From a virus (taxonomy: Duplodnaviria > Caudoviricetes), in IMG/VR virus record IMGVR_UViG_3300011339_000645, positions 1 through 53,865 of that record: a DNA stretch of 53,865 nt; one strand, given 5' to 3'. Below are positions 1-10,194 of the stretch, piece after piece. A program made the translations under genes and the position numbers. Under the pieces are notes generated by a model. The model was not told the origin of the DNA. It was given only the letters and a program-made list of their open reading frames with translations, and ran no database searches. Each line of letters starts with the position of its first letter. The first letter of the stretch is position 1.

Positions 1-261
1 CAAATTCCAGATCAGCTTTTACTGACCTTCTGATCTGACCAATATTGTTTGACAGGAATTCTTGAGCCTCTTCAGTAGTTAAATCATCGAGAGCTTCTTC
101 GTTGTCGATGATCCACTCTTTCATCAACGGGCCTGCGATTCCGACGAACTCTCTCTGCTCGGCCTTGTTCATTTTAATATCATTGCTCCACTTTAAACTT
201 CCCTGCCACTTTGGAGGAGTAAGAGCATTCCTATACATGATTTGGAATGCAGGGTCAGGAG
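1..261. repeat. Terminal overlap with 53605-53865 (circular assembly overlap)
   Basis: 1-261 matches 53605-53865 except at positions 88 (C vs T) and 197 (A vs C); it lies inside one reading frame that continues across the join. Confidence 0.95.
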
Positions 262-3200
262 TCTCAGATGAAGCGATACGACCTACTAAAGACAATGCTC
301 TGCGCCCCGGCCCGTTCTCTTCTAGGATTGAATTGTATCTAGCAGGATCACCAAAGTATCCTAGTCTCTTATCTAGGAATGCAGAGCTACCGGGGAATTC
401 ACGAAGAAGATTTGTCACATATACATCACCTTCCAGCTTCTCATCAGTCAGCATCTTTTGCATATCACGCATGACGCCGGGAACTGCGAGACGGGAAATG
501 ATGTTAGTTGCGATGTTTTTACCAGCCGCTGGGATGTCTTGAGCTTCCTTAAGTTCGATCAGATCAGCAACACCAGTCAAGAATGATTGGTCTAGTGCAG
601 CTACAAATCCAATAGCAAACGGAGCGACAGCTACAGTTATAGCCGCCTCGACTGCATCAATAGGACTCTTATCTTTCTTCTTCTCAAACCTATCGTAGAA
701 CTCTGCAAGCATCGATCCAGTAGCGAGAGGAATAACTAGAGGAGTATAGAGGTAAGAGATATATTTATCTCCAACGCGGATTGAGTAAGGAACTCCACCA
801 TTCTCCTTCCAGATTTTATTCTGCTCTGGGTCTGCTGGGCCAGTTGCGTAGAACTGGACAGGAGGACGCTCTTTCTGATCCTCATCATCACCGCCAGTAA
901 GCGCGGCAATGATTACAGGAACTGCCATGCCTGCGAATCCAATAGCTGACTTGATAGCAATATCAGCAGCCTTCTCTTCACGGCCCATGATAAATGGACT
1001 TTTGAGAGCGGATGGTTTCAATTCAATCTTTCCTCTAAGTAGAGGAGAAAGTTTCACATTCGCCGCAAGACGAGCAATACCTACAGTCGGAAGGTAGTTA
1101 AGATTTTCGTTCAATACATTCGCAACAACATTGGAGAATGGAATGAACAACTGAGTAATCGGGCTGACTTGCAATAGCTTGTTAGCTAAGGATGCAATCG
1201 ATCCAACCACACCTACTGGAGTCTGTGCATAAATAGTTTCCAAGGCATCTTGCTCTGCCTTCAATCGATTATCTTCATCCAGTCTCTGTTGTGAATATAT
1301 TTCATTAGCGCGGATGATGATCTCACGATTCTTCTCTTTGCCTTTGCTCTTGGAACTAGCGAGTTCTCTGATCGCTTGCTCCTTGGCTTGGTTGTATTGA
1401 TCCTGTTGGAAGGGAGCCGCACCAAAGGATGCTGCCCTTACTTCGTATGCGACTTCCCGCATGAATGAATCCGTAGCCCTCATCGTCCTCATCAATCCCC
1501 TTGGACTGATCGTAGCGAGTGTAGCGTTTAACCATTCCGGAAAAGACTCAATCTTCCCATCACCAAAAGTAATAATATTGTAAACCCACTTCGGAGTATT
1601 ATTTGGATTAGCACCCTCAATAAGATTCGTTTTTGGATACTTCATCATCTTCTCATCTTGGATGCCTGATGGATTCAGACCTGTCTGCATTGTGTATGCA
1701 AACGCATTCCTAGATGGGGCTTCTTTTCTGATAGTAGCATTGTAAAGCGCACGAAGCATTGGCCCAGTCGATTTACCTTTGGTATAGACAGACCAGACTG
1801 CCATGTTTCCAAGCAAGTTGAATGTGCTTCCAAGGAAGTTAACAACTTGAGTTCCAGCTTGTGAAAGCAAAGCAAAATACCAGTAGCTAGAGAAGTAATC
1901 TCTGGCTGAGAAAACTTGGTTCTCCAACATGAACCTTCCAAGTTTTTGCTCTTCGATGGATCGAGTCACACCCTCTGGTAGTGCGGAAATCCTATCACCC
2001 CACTCACGCAGTTGCTGGGCGAGATTTGGATTCCATTCAAGGTATCCCTTACCAAAGTCATGGGTTTGGCGGAAGGCTTCGTAGACTCCGAACTCATCCA
2101 ACTGACCCATGTTTGCCATCTCAATCAATCTCTGGATGACTGTCCTCTGGTTAGCTTTCTTCTTGATTCCGTTGTTGGTTAGAGTTTCCTGCGCCCGATC
2201 AATTGCTCTCTGCAAGTTCTCACTCTTCTGAGCTTGGATAGCTTTCGCCATCTGCTCTTCGATATACTTAGAAAGTTCGTTTGATGTAGCGTCATCGAAT
2301 CCAAGTTCAGTAATGATCAGTTCGTTGAGCTTATCAAGGAATGCGCGTTGATCGGTAGCGGCCAGCTTGGTCAGACCCTTGAGAGTCTTTGCCAACTGGA
2401 ACCTCTCTTCAGCAGTAGCAACTTTCTTCATTGCTTCCTTCTCGATCTTTCCGCCGATGATCCTGCCAGTCTCTTTGCTGATCTCAAACCCAAGGCTTTT
2501 CTTCACCCGCTTGGCAGTCTCTTCATCCAAGTAGTTCTGGGCATCCTCAATGAACTTATTGATCTGCTCGTCAGTAGCTCCGATGTTGGAGAGTTCCGCC
2601 TTGATGTGTGCCTTCACGGCAGACTGGGCGGCATAGCGATTCTCTCCAATGTAGGAGATCAGATCATTAAACTTGTAATCTAGGAAGTCAGCAGAGTCTT
2701 TGATCGCTTGGTTCCGCATGGCTTCACTCCATTGCCTGTCTTCAAGCATGGAGAATAACTCTTTGTATTTATCTTGGAAATCAGCGTTATCTTGATACAG
2801 GCTACCGATCTTGGTCTTTAGCTCTGCAATGAATTGCTTGTAGGCTTTATCGTTACCGATAACTGACTTCACTTGGGCCAAGTATTTTCCTTCACGCTTC
2901 TTGGCTTCTTTAACTTTAGGCTCTCCTTCTTTGGCGGCGACCTCTTTAGCGGTCTGTTTGGCTACTGCGCCGAAGGCTTGGTAGATGTATTTGTAAACAT
3001 TGTCAGGCGAGAAGTCTTTACGATCCGCGCCAATCGACATGATAGCCTTGGCAGTCTCATCCACCACCATGTTGGCATACTTGTCTCCCTTGGTATCAAA
3101 CATCGAGGCACAGAACTCCAAGACGATCTCCCTAGCCTTACGAGTCTTCTTCTTTGCTACGGCTTTTCTAATAGCATTGACTGCCGCTTGCGGGTTCTTC

Positions 3201-6200
3201 TCTGCCTTTGTCTTGAGTTGAGAGATTCGAGACAGGACTTCTTTTAATGTGAATACATTGTCTACTGCCTTCCTTCTATCTCCACGGACTGCTTCAGCAA
3301 GCTGAGTAAAATCACCACGGATGATCGTATAGAGATCAGCAAGACCATCGATGATCTTAGATTTGTATGCGGCTACAGCAGTTCCTGCACTACCAATGTT
3401 CCTAACTTGCTTCGCGGCATTAAGCGTTCTCGCACTAGCCTGCTGTTGATCAACGATCAGTTTTGCAAGATTAGATTCCAGATCAAGAGACTTGAGTGCA
3501 ATCGCTTCACGATCTTTAATCGCGGCTTTCGACTCCATGATCTCTTCTCTGTAGGCTGGTATCAATCGATACAGGATAGGAGTGATCGCATTCCTCTCTG
3601 ATTCAGTAAGACCATAGCGATCCGCTTGGTTAGCAACATCGCTTACCACACTAAAGAAGTCGGCATCTGGATTCTTTGTGAAGAGTTTATTGAGAGCCTT
3701 AGTAGCCTCTTCGTAGGTATTGCTGGTGTAAAGATTCGCGGCCCGTGAGTATGGGCTAACCAATGAAGAAGGATAGGTCTTACCTTTCTGCGTAGTCCTA
3801 GAGACATACTCCTTGCCTGCTCTACTACGCTTTGGCTGGAGTGTAGCGATCATGTCGTTTAACTCCTCAAGCATATCGTTGGTTATCCTTCTCTGCTCAG
3901 ATACTACTTTAGGCGTTACGCCTGCACGGGCTACAATTCCAGATTCCCTCGGCCCTCTTTTCAGTCTAGGCTCACCTACAGTAAAGAACTTGAGCTTCTT
4001 CGCTCTGCTCTTCTGAGAAAGATTCTGATACTCAGGTGTGTTTCTAACAAGCTGGGCCGCTTCCGCTGGTGAGTTGGCTTCGACTACGATCTGCCTTTCC
4101 CTTTTATTTTCTCCATTCCTATCGAAGACTTCGATGTCTTGGACATATGGAGCAGCCTTGGCTACAATCTCACCTTCCGCTGGTGCGGTTGCTTCTGCTG
4201 GCGCAGCTTCCTCGGTTGGAGTTATCGTTAACGATACTTCACCTTTAGGCTGGGCAGCAGAGTAATCCTTAAACTCGTAGTTAGCTTCTCCCTTTACAAT
4301 ACCATACTCATCGAGGATAGCATTTATGGAATCCTCCATGCGTTTGACTTCGCGGGTTGAGGTTCCTTTACCAAGGTAACGGGCGAGTGAGTTGCGGACA
4401 AACTTGAGTGCATTGAGGATCGAGTTCTTGAGTGATGCAATAGCCCCCTTGTCAGCGTCAGAGAAGGCTTCGCGTTCTGCCGTCCTGATTGCATTCAAGT
4501 CTTCAGTAATCTGGCCCGTGCGAACTCGCTGGATGACCATTCGCATGAACTCCATCGAGAATCCAACATCATCCAATGTTCCCATCTCTGGGCCAAGGTA
4601 GGCTTCAGAAACACCCGGCACAGCGTTAGGATTCGTCCTCTTTACCTCTTGGGCAATCTGACCGATTCGGCTAACGATGTATTGTTGCTCGGTCTGCTTT
4701 GGCTTTTTAAGAGCAGCGAATTCATCCTGCAATGCCTGATACATGGAGAGGTGAATCATCTCCTCTTCAAGTTTCTTGTCGGCAGCGCGGGACTCTTGGT
4801 CTAGTGCGGCATCTTTGCTCGCTGCCCGTTGTTCTCCCTTGATCGTAGTAGCGGTCAGTTGGTTGACATCTGGAAGGACAAGATACTTCTTACCATTAAA
4901 GAATGCTGCTCGGTAGGTTCCCGAATCAGCGGCGACTTGCTTTCCACCAGTCAGCTTTCCGTAATCTTCAGAGGAAATAACTTCAGCGTTGATACCAGCG
5001 AGGAAGCCAGCGTTCCTAGCGATGTTTGTGCGGATGGCATTCTTGAGCTTCTGCGCTCGTTTGCCTGCGACTCGGATACCCTTGATAGCTTTATCAGCAG
5101 CCTTAACGAATGCCTGCAATACTGGGCGGTCTGGGTAGAATGTTCCAAATGGAGTTCTCCGACCAGATGGAGGAAGTCCCATCTCCCTAGTAGGAGTAGT
5201 AGCTTGAGGATCGACGCCTTGCTCGATAGCTGTCATCTCAGCTAGCTTATTCTGCTCCGCGAAGATAGCTTTGTTTACCCTGTCCTGCCCAGCGGTATCG
5301 TTCTCATCCAAGGCATCGAACTCTTTATTGAGTTCCTCAATTCGGGTATTGATTTGCTCTTTAGTTTCTGGCGCGGCCTCAGTAGGAGCGGCTTCTTTTG
5401 CAGGAGCGGCAGAGAGTTTAGCGAACTGCCCTTCCAATTGCGCGAGGTTGTCCTTCTTGGCCTTCAATGCCATGTCAGCCTGCTGACGCTCTGGTGTGCC
5501 AGTCTCAAACGCCTGTAGGCCCATCTCGTCATTATCGATCTCCTCTTTAAGGTTATCGATCTCCGTGGACTTCTCCATCATCTGAGCGGCTAATGCAGAC
5601 TCTGGATCAGGAGCCAGTTCCTGCACGGCCTTATCTGCCTCGGAGTCGATGTCATCCAATTCAGCACCAAGATTGTCACCTTGCTTCTGTTTCTGGTTAG
5701 TCTTCTTAACTCCAAGCATCTGGGTAAAGATAGATGCCATGACACCAGCAGCCCCGCCTACACCACCAGCGTAGACTGTTCCTTCAAAGATGTCTTGGTT
5801 AGGCTCGTAGACATACTTCTTAACGAGGTTGCCTGCGATCTGCTGTGGCATCTCATTGAACAATGCTTCTTCGGTTCCTTCAATGATTGCCGTAGCGGCC
5901 TTGTTCAGACCTTTGTAAATTTTATCCTGCTGGGCTTTATCGAATCTACTTACCCACTTCTGAAGTGGAGATACCAATTCCAGCGGAGCTTGAGTCAAAG
6001 CAGAGAACAATGCCGCCTGCTTGGCTTGCTGGTCAGTAGCTCCGTTGGCCCTAGCTTCACTATATCCACCCCATGCAGAGTTCAGTCCACCGAATCCTAG
6101 TGTAGTTCCTTTTTGGAAAAGATTGATTGCCCTAGCAGAGTTCAAGCCAAGCGATGCTCTAGCTGTATTACCAAGCACACCAGCAACAATAGCTGCTCCA

Positions 6201-7378
6201 GTAAATCCAAGTCCGCTGGATACATCTCTACCAAATTGGGCAAGTTCACTAACCTTGCGTGGGTCTTGACCTCTCTGCCTCATTTGGTCAGCAAAGTCAG
6301 CAGCCTCTACCAAGGATTGTCCTGCATTCTCAAGGCCGATTCCTTGTAACGCTAAACCAATTGGCCCTACAGTTCCCGAACCAACCGCACCAGCGAAGCC
6401 GTCCCATGCTCGGCCAAAAAGTTCACCAGCATTTTCAGCAAAGCTAGGAGTAGTCATTGCCCACTCTTCAGCGAGCCTCCTGACATCTTGGTTCTGCTTT
6501 AGCTTATCTAGCTCTTGATTGTATGCTTCAGACCCGATCCCGATACGGCCAAGTTTAGCCTGCAAGAAACTCGGTGTAGTAATTCCTTTTGTAGAGGCAT
6601 ACTCAAGGAAGTTATCGTTAACGATAATGTCATCGATCTGCTGGCGGAAATCACCTACCGCTTTAATTGCGGCTCCTGTTCTCTTTTGGGTCGGAATCTT
6701 TTCACCAGACGGAGTGACGCCCTCTCCTCCACCAATCATTTGAGATAGCCAGTTTTTGTATCTGCCATCATGCTCAAGTTGAGTGCGGCGAAGATTATTG
6801 ATTTCCTTAATCAATGGAGTTTCGCCAGCAGCAGTTTCCATTGCGAAACCAGAAACTTGAGTCCTATTAGATTCGTCCTGCTTTTGCTTTATGAGTTCAG
6901 CCCTCTGCTCGTAACTCATACCATCTGGGCTGATAGGTTCTGGAATAACTTTGCCAGTAAGGCTAATAGCCTCTGCCCTTCTAACCTCGACTGGCTGACC
7001 TTCTACAAAAGAAGTTATTTTGCCTCGTCCTCTTTGGCTTTCTATCTTTACAGGCTCACCTTCCATGAAGGTCTTTGTTTGCCCCGGCTCCAATGCCAGA
7101 ATATCTGGGCCACCTACCATAGGCTCTCCACCTACAGGAAGACCTTCTCCTCGATTGATAGCTTGTGGGACTTCTTTTAGTTTAGAGATTGTTTCCTGCT
7201 CTGCTGCGGACTGCGCTCTTGGCGATGTCGTATAGAAATCAGCGATCTCATCTATCGAGTATCCAGATTTAATTGCGTTGCCAATTTTAGGATATTTCTG
7301 GGAAGCTGTTGATATAATCTCATCATCAGAATACCCAGCCTCCCGTGCCTTCTTGAGTTTTTCGAGCGTCAGGGACAT
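1..7378 (-). CDS. Giant internal virion / DNA-ejection protein (~2,468 aa, continues across the join to the stop at 53576)
   Basis: ATG at 7378 (MSLTLEKLKKAREAGYSDDEII...). The ORF track lists no stop-terminated ORF in this frame. The frame matches ORF 53576-53842 through the overlap. It is the last gene of the virion operon, after two smaller ejection-type proteins, and has LEEEMIH near 4750-4770. Confidence 0.85.
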   Translation of the reverse strand, partial: MSLTLEKLKKAREAGYSDDEIISTASQKYPKIGNAIKSGYSIDEIADFYTTSPRAQSAAEQETISKLKEVPQAINRGEGLPVGGEPMVGGPDILALEPGQTKTFMEGEPVKIESQRGRGKITSFVEGQPVEVRRAEAISLTGKVIPEPISPDGMSYEQRAELIKQKQDESNRTQVSGFAMETAAGETPLIKEINNLRRTQLEHDGRYKNWLSQMIGGGEGVTPSGEKIPTQKRTGAAIKAVGDFRQQIDDIIVNDNFLEYASTKGITTPSFLQAKLGRIGIGSEAYNQELDKLKQNQDVRRLAEEWAMTTPSFAENAGELFGRAWDGFAGAVGSGTVGPIGLALQGIGLENAGQSLVEAADFADQMRQRGQDPRKVSELAQFGRDVSSGLGFTGAAIVAGVLGNTARASLGLNSARAINLFQKGTTLGFGGLNSAWGGYSEARANGATDQQAKQAALFSALTQAPLELVSPLQKWVSRFDKAQQDKIYKGLNKAATAIIEGTEEALFNEMPQQIAGNLVKKYVYEPNQDIFEGTVYAGGVGGAAGVMASIFTQMLGVKKTNQKQKQGDNLGAELDDIDSEADKAVQELAPDPESALAAQMMEKSTEIDNLKEEIDNDEMGLQAFETGTPERQQADMALKAKKDNLAQLEGQFAKLSAAPAKEAAPTEAAPETKEQINTRIEELNKEFDALDENDTAGQDRVNKAIFAEQNKLAEMTAIEQGVDPQATTPTREMGLPPSGRRTPFGTFYPDRPVLQAFVKAADKAIKGIRVAGKRAQKLKNAIRTNIARNAGFLAGINAEVISSEDYGKLTGGKQVAADSGTYRAAFFNGKKYLVLPDVNQLTATTIKGEQRAASKDAALDQESRAADKKLEEEMIHLSMYQALQDEFAALKKPKQTEQQYIVSRIGQIAQEVKRTNPNAVPGVSEAYLGPEMGTLDDVGFSMEFMRMVIQRVRTGQITEDLNAIRTAEREAFSDADKGAIASLKNSILNALKFVRNSLARYLGKGTSTREVKRMEDSINAILDEYGIVKGEANYEFKDYSAAQPKGEVSLTITPTEEAAPAEATAPAEGEIVAKAAPYVQDIEVFDRNGENKRERQIVVEANSPAEAAQLVRNTPEYQNLSQKSRAKKLKFFTVGEPRLKRGPRESGIVARAGVTPKVVSEQRRITNDMLEELNDMIATLQPKRSRAGKEYVSRTTQKGKTYPSSLVSPYSRAANLYTSNTYEEATKALNKLFTKNPDADFFSVVSDVANQADRYGLTESERNAITPILYRLIPAYREEIMESKAAIKDREAIALKSLDLESNLAKLIVDQQQASARTLNAAKQVRNIGSAGTAVAAYKSKIIDGLADLYTIIRGDFTQLAEAVRGDRRKAVDNVFTLKEVLSRISQLKTKAEKNPQAAVNAIRKAVAKKKTRKAREIVLEFCASMFDTKGDKYANMVVDETAKAIMSIGADRKDFSPDNVYKYIYQAFGAVAKQTAKEVAAKEGEPKVKEAKKREGKYLAQVKSVIGNDKAYKQFIAELKTKIGSLYQDNADFQDKYKELFSMLEDRQWSEAMRNQAIKDSADFLDYKFNDLISYIGENRYAAQSAVKAHIKAELSNIGATDEQINKFIEDAQNYLDEETAKRVKKSLGFEISKETGRIIGGKIEKEAMKKVATAEERFQLAKTLKGLTKLAATDQRAFLDKLNELIITELGFDDATSNELSKYIEEQMAKAIQAQKSENLQRAIDRAQETLTNNGIKKKANQRTVIQRLIEMANMGQLDEFGVYEAFRQTHDFGKGYLEWNPNLAQQLREWGDRISALPEGVTRSIEEQKLGRFMLENQVFSARDYFSSYWYFALLSQAGTQVVNFLGSTFNLLGNMAVWSVYTKGKSTGPMLRALYNATIRKEAPSRNAFAYTMQTGLNPSGIQDEKMMKYPKTNLIEGANPNNTPKWVYNIITFGDGKIESFPEWLNATLATISPRGLMRTMRATDSFMREVAYEVRAASFGAAPFQQDQYNQAKEQAIRELASSKSKGKEKNREIIIRANEIYSQQRLDEDNRLKAEQDALETIYAQTPVGVVGSIASLANKLLQVSPITQLFIPFSNVVANVLNENLNYLPTVGIARLAANVKLSPLLRGKIELKPSALKSPFIMGREEKAADIAIKSAIGFAGMAVPVIIAALTGGDDEDQKERPPVQFYATGPADPEQNKIWKENGGVPYSIRVGDKYISYLYTPLVIPLATGSMLAEFYDRFEKKKDKSPIDAVEAAITVAVAPFAIGFVAALDQSFLTGVADLIELKEAQDIPAAGKNIATNIISRLAVPGVMRDMQKMLTDEKLEGDVYVTNLLREFPGSSAFLDKRLGYFGDPARYNSILEENGPGRRALSLVGRIASSETPDPAFQIMYRNALTPPKWQGSLKWSNDIKMNKAEQREFVGIAGPLMKEWIIDNEEALDDLTTEEAQEFLSNNIGQIRRSVKADLEF

Positions 7379-7396
7379 TTATGATGAATAGCTTTA

Positions 7397-8614
7397 TTAA
7401 AGAATATCTGCAAGATTTTGTTTCTTGCTTGGAACATTTGGGGTAGGGATATTTATTCCTTCTGAACGGAGCATTGGCATTCCAAGAATTGCAGCTTGGT
7501 TTGGTGCATTGATAACTCCAATGAACAATTCTTTTAGGCCGGGGCTATTTTCTGTTCCGGGCCTTAATTTGATTGTCTTATCCTTGCCTTCCTTATCTTT
7601 GATCTTCCAGTAAATTACTCCTTTTTCTCCTTCTGTGTATGGCCCAATCTTATCGAAGCCTCCATAGTATCGGATTAGCTCATTGATCTCCGTGCTTTTA
7701 TCTAGCCTGTTGATTTGAGAATCGATAGTAGAAAGGAATTTCTGCCTAAGATTTTTTGATTCTTCTGAATTGTTAACATTCTCGTAGGAGATATTTCCTA
7801 GTTGCCCTTTTATAGTTATTCCTTTTTGCCTCAATCCTTCAATGTTTTTTGGCACAGCCATAGTTTCAATTCCTTCTCCAAGGAATCTTGATGCAGACTG
7901 AGGAAGTTTAATGATGTCAAAATTTTCTTTTATATTCTTATCTGAAAATTGAGTATCATCAACATAGTTCAAAGATGCTAATGCAGCACTTGTCCCTTCG
8001 TTCTGAACTTTTTGTTGAATTTCAGAAAACACATTTGCTGAATCCGTTAAAGCCCTCTGGTCATCATCTATGAATTGGGCATCTCCAATATCTTGTGTTG
8101 TTACATCATCAGAAGGTTCCACTATCGGAGACTGACCTGTTGCTGGAGGCTTTGGCGTTGTAGGCGGCTGACCTGTTGCTGGAGGAGTTACTGCGCCCGG
8201 TTGCTGAGTAAGATCAACTCCGAATTGTTTAGCAAGAAGCAAATCAGCAATTCCATACTGCGATCCCTGTTGAGTCTTTTGCTTCATCAAGAAATTATCA
8301 GATTCATCCTTGGTCGCCTTCATTGCGAATTCAAGCGCAGGAAGCAACATAGGATTCTGATTGTATTGAGGATTACTTATCAACGGAAGCAATTTGGAAT
8401 AAGCATCAGCCGATCTTCCTGATCCTGCATCACTCAAAGCGGCCTGCATCTGTTGCTGCATCGCTGGCAATGCTTCGGCAGCTTGCTTCTGATACTCGCG
8501 CATGGCTAGTTGTTGGCCAACTTGCTGACCGAGCTTACCAAGATTCTCTGACAAGACAGACCAGCTTTGTGACTGTCTCTCCGTCCCCGCCATTATTTGT
8601 TCAGCGATGCTCAT
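7397..8614 (-). CDS. Internal virion (ejection) protein
   Basis: 405 aa with a Q/A-rich helical N-terminus and Pro-rich linker; lies between the other two ejection-type genes. Confidence 0.65.
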   Translation of the reverse strand: MSIAEQIMAGTERQSQSWSVLSENLGKLGQQVGQQLAMREYQKQAAEALPAMQQQMQAALSDAGSGRSADAYSKLLPLISNPQYNQNPMLLPALEFAMKATKDESDNFLMKQKTQQGSQYGIADLLLAKQFGVDLTQQPGAVTPPATGQPPTTPKPPATGQSPIVEPSDDVTTQDIGDAQFIDDDQRALTDSANVFSEIQQKVQNEGTSAALASLNYVDDTQFSDKNIKENFDIIKLPQSASRFLGEGIETMAVPKNIEGLRQKGITIKGQLGNISYENVNNSEESKNLRQKFLSTIDSQINRLDKSTEINELIRYYGGFDKIGPYTEGEKGVIYWKIKDKEGKDKTIKLRPGTENSPGLKELFIGVINAPNQAAILGMPMLRSEGINIPTPNVPSKKQNLADIL

Positions 8615-8618
8615 AAAA

Positions 8619-9683
8619 TTATCCTAATGACCAACCTTGACTTCCGTATTGCCTTACTTGTGATGGCGCAACTCCGTATGCATTAGCAGCACCAATTTGT
8701 CCTTTATAAAAACCAGAATCCATTGGAGTAGTAGATGCACCTTTAGCGTTAGCGTATTGACTGTATGCATTGCCTACTCCGCTTACTCCGCTTGCTAAAG
8801 ATTCACCAATTCCTTTATACATTGCAATTTCAGATTCTTTTGCTGCTAAATTTGCAGCGATTCCTTCTTGCTGTCTAGTATATTGTCTTTGTCCCATCTG
8901 TTGCTGGGCTTCCGCGCCTCCGATTTGTGCTGTGTATAGATCAGAAAGCATCTGCCTGCGGGTATTAACCTTTTGCAGTCCTACATTCGCTGCACCCATT
9001 CCGTATTGGTAGCGGAGTCCGCTGATTTGTGGGACATTTTGAATGAATTGACCTGCTACTGCCTGCCATTTTGCAGACTGATCAAGACCCTGCTGCATTA
9101 CTCCATAGCTACTAGCCCCAATAGCCCTTGCGTAATCATATTGTGGAGCTTGGGCGATAGCACCTTTACCAGCGGTAGCAATATTAAATCCAGCTCCTCC
9201 ACGCTGTGCAGCCTCACGCATCGTCTCACCAATGACAGATTGAGGAAGTTTCCCTTGCATCATGTCATTGATAGCCAATGAAGCAAGTTGCCTTTGGTTT
9301 GCCGCGCCGGGGTAAATCCGTTCTAGCTGAGAAAGATTATATCCAGTAATCCGTTCAGCTTCTTTAATATCAGCCCCAATGTCCATGACTGGAGCTTGGA
9401 TTGCCGCTGTATCTTCTTCTAGTAGCTTTTGGCCTTCACCTAATTTCTTAATGGCTTTCTGTCTTGCTGCAAATGCCGCCCTCTCAGCTTTCGCTGCTTT
9501 CTTTCCAGCGGCCCCTTGCGCCCCAGCAGCTTTCTTAGACGCTGACGCTTGCATTCCTGCCGTGACTGCCGTTGTTCCAACAGTTATGACTGCCGCCGCT
9601 GTAGCTGCCCATACATGGTGCATCTGCCTTTCCCTTAGTGATGCACAGCGATATCTATCCTCAATTTTAATGTAGCAAGCCAT
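8619..9683 (-). CDS. Internal virion / pilot (ejection) protein
   Basis: 354 aa, Ala/Gly/Gln-rich, with hydrophobic AATAAAVITVG segment near the N-terminus as in P22 gp7 / T7 gp14-type proteins. Confidence 0.65.
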   Translation of the reverse strand: MACYIKIEDRYRCASLRERQMHHVWAATAAAVITVGTTAVTAGMQASASKKAAGAQGAAGKKAAKAERAAFAARQKAIKKLGEGQKLLEEDTAAIQAPVMDIGADIKEAERITGYNLSQLERIYPGAANQRQLASLAINDMMQGKLPQSVIGETMREAAQRGGAGFNIATAGKGAIAQAPQYDYARAIGASSYGVMQQGLDQSAKWQAVAGQFIQNVPQISGLRYQYGMGAANVGLQKVNTRRQMLSDLYTAQIGGAEAQQQMGQRQYTRQQEGIAANLAAKESEIAMYKGIGESLASGVSGVGNAYSQYANAKGASTTPMDSGFYKGQIGAANAYGVAPSQVRQYGSQGWSLG

Positions 9684-9684
9684 A

Positions 9685-10194
9685 TTAAGTTTCTATTCGA
9701 TTACACTTCCAAGTTTGCATTCTAGGATTACTCCTGTCAATATGTGGATTAAAATCATGCGCCATAATCTCCTCTGCAATTTCTTCTGGATCAGTAAGAG
9801 TAGTCACAAAGCAAGCAGCCCAGATCGTATCTTCATGGGTATAGAGTAGCCTTCGAGTTCCTGCTTTAGTGATCCCACTATAAGGTGCTTTGTATCTCTG
9901 CACAGGAACATCGTGATACCAAACAGAAACATCACCCTGCAAGATAAAGAATGGGTGAGTTGTAAGATGTAAAAGAGATGTCACTAGAGTATTCTTCGGC
10001 ATGAAGATTTCCCTAGTGTAGAGATTAGGCGTGAACTTATGAGTGACTGGGCAATCTACTGGAGGTAGATTTAGCGACTCAACTTCCAATAGATTAAGCG
10101 GATCATCGGGATTTTGATATCCAATAAATTCATTTGGATTAATCCGATTCGGGACTAGCTCCAGCTTTTGTTTCTCTTGGATTTCGAGTGTCAT
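9685..10194 (-). CDS. Cupin-like phage protein
   Basis: HKFTPNLYTREIFMPKNTLVTSLLHLTTHPFFILQGDVSV resembles a beta-barrel cupin pattern; tightly coupled to its neighbours. Confidence 0.55.
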   Translation of the reverse strand: MTLEIQEKQKLELVPNRINPNEFIGYQNPDDPLNLLEVESLNLPPVDCPVTHKFTPNLYTREIFMPKNTLVTSLLHLTTHPFFILQGDVSVWYHDVPVQRYKAPYSGITKAGTRRLLYTHEDTIWAACFVTTLTDPEEIAEEIMAHDFNPHIDRSNPRMQTWKCNRIET

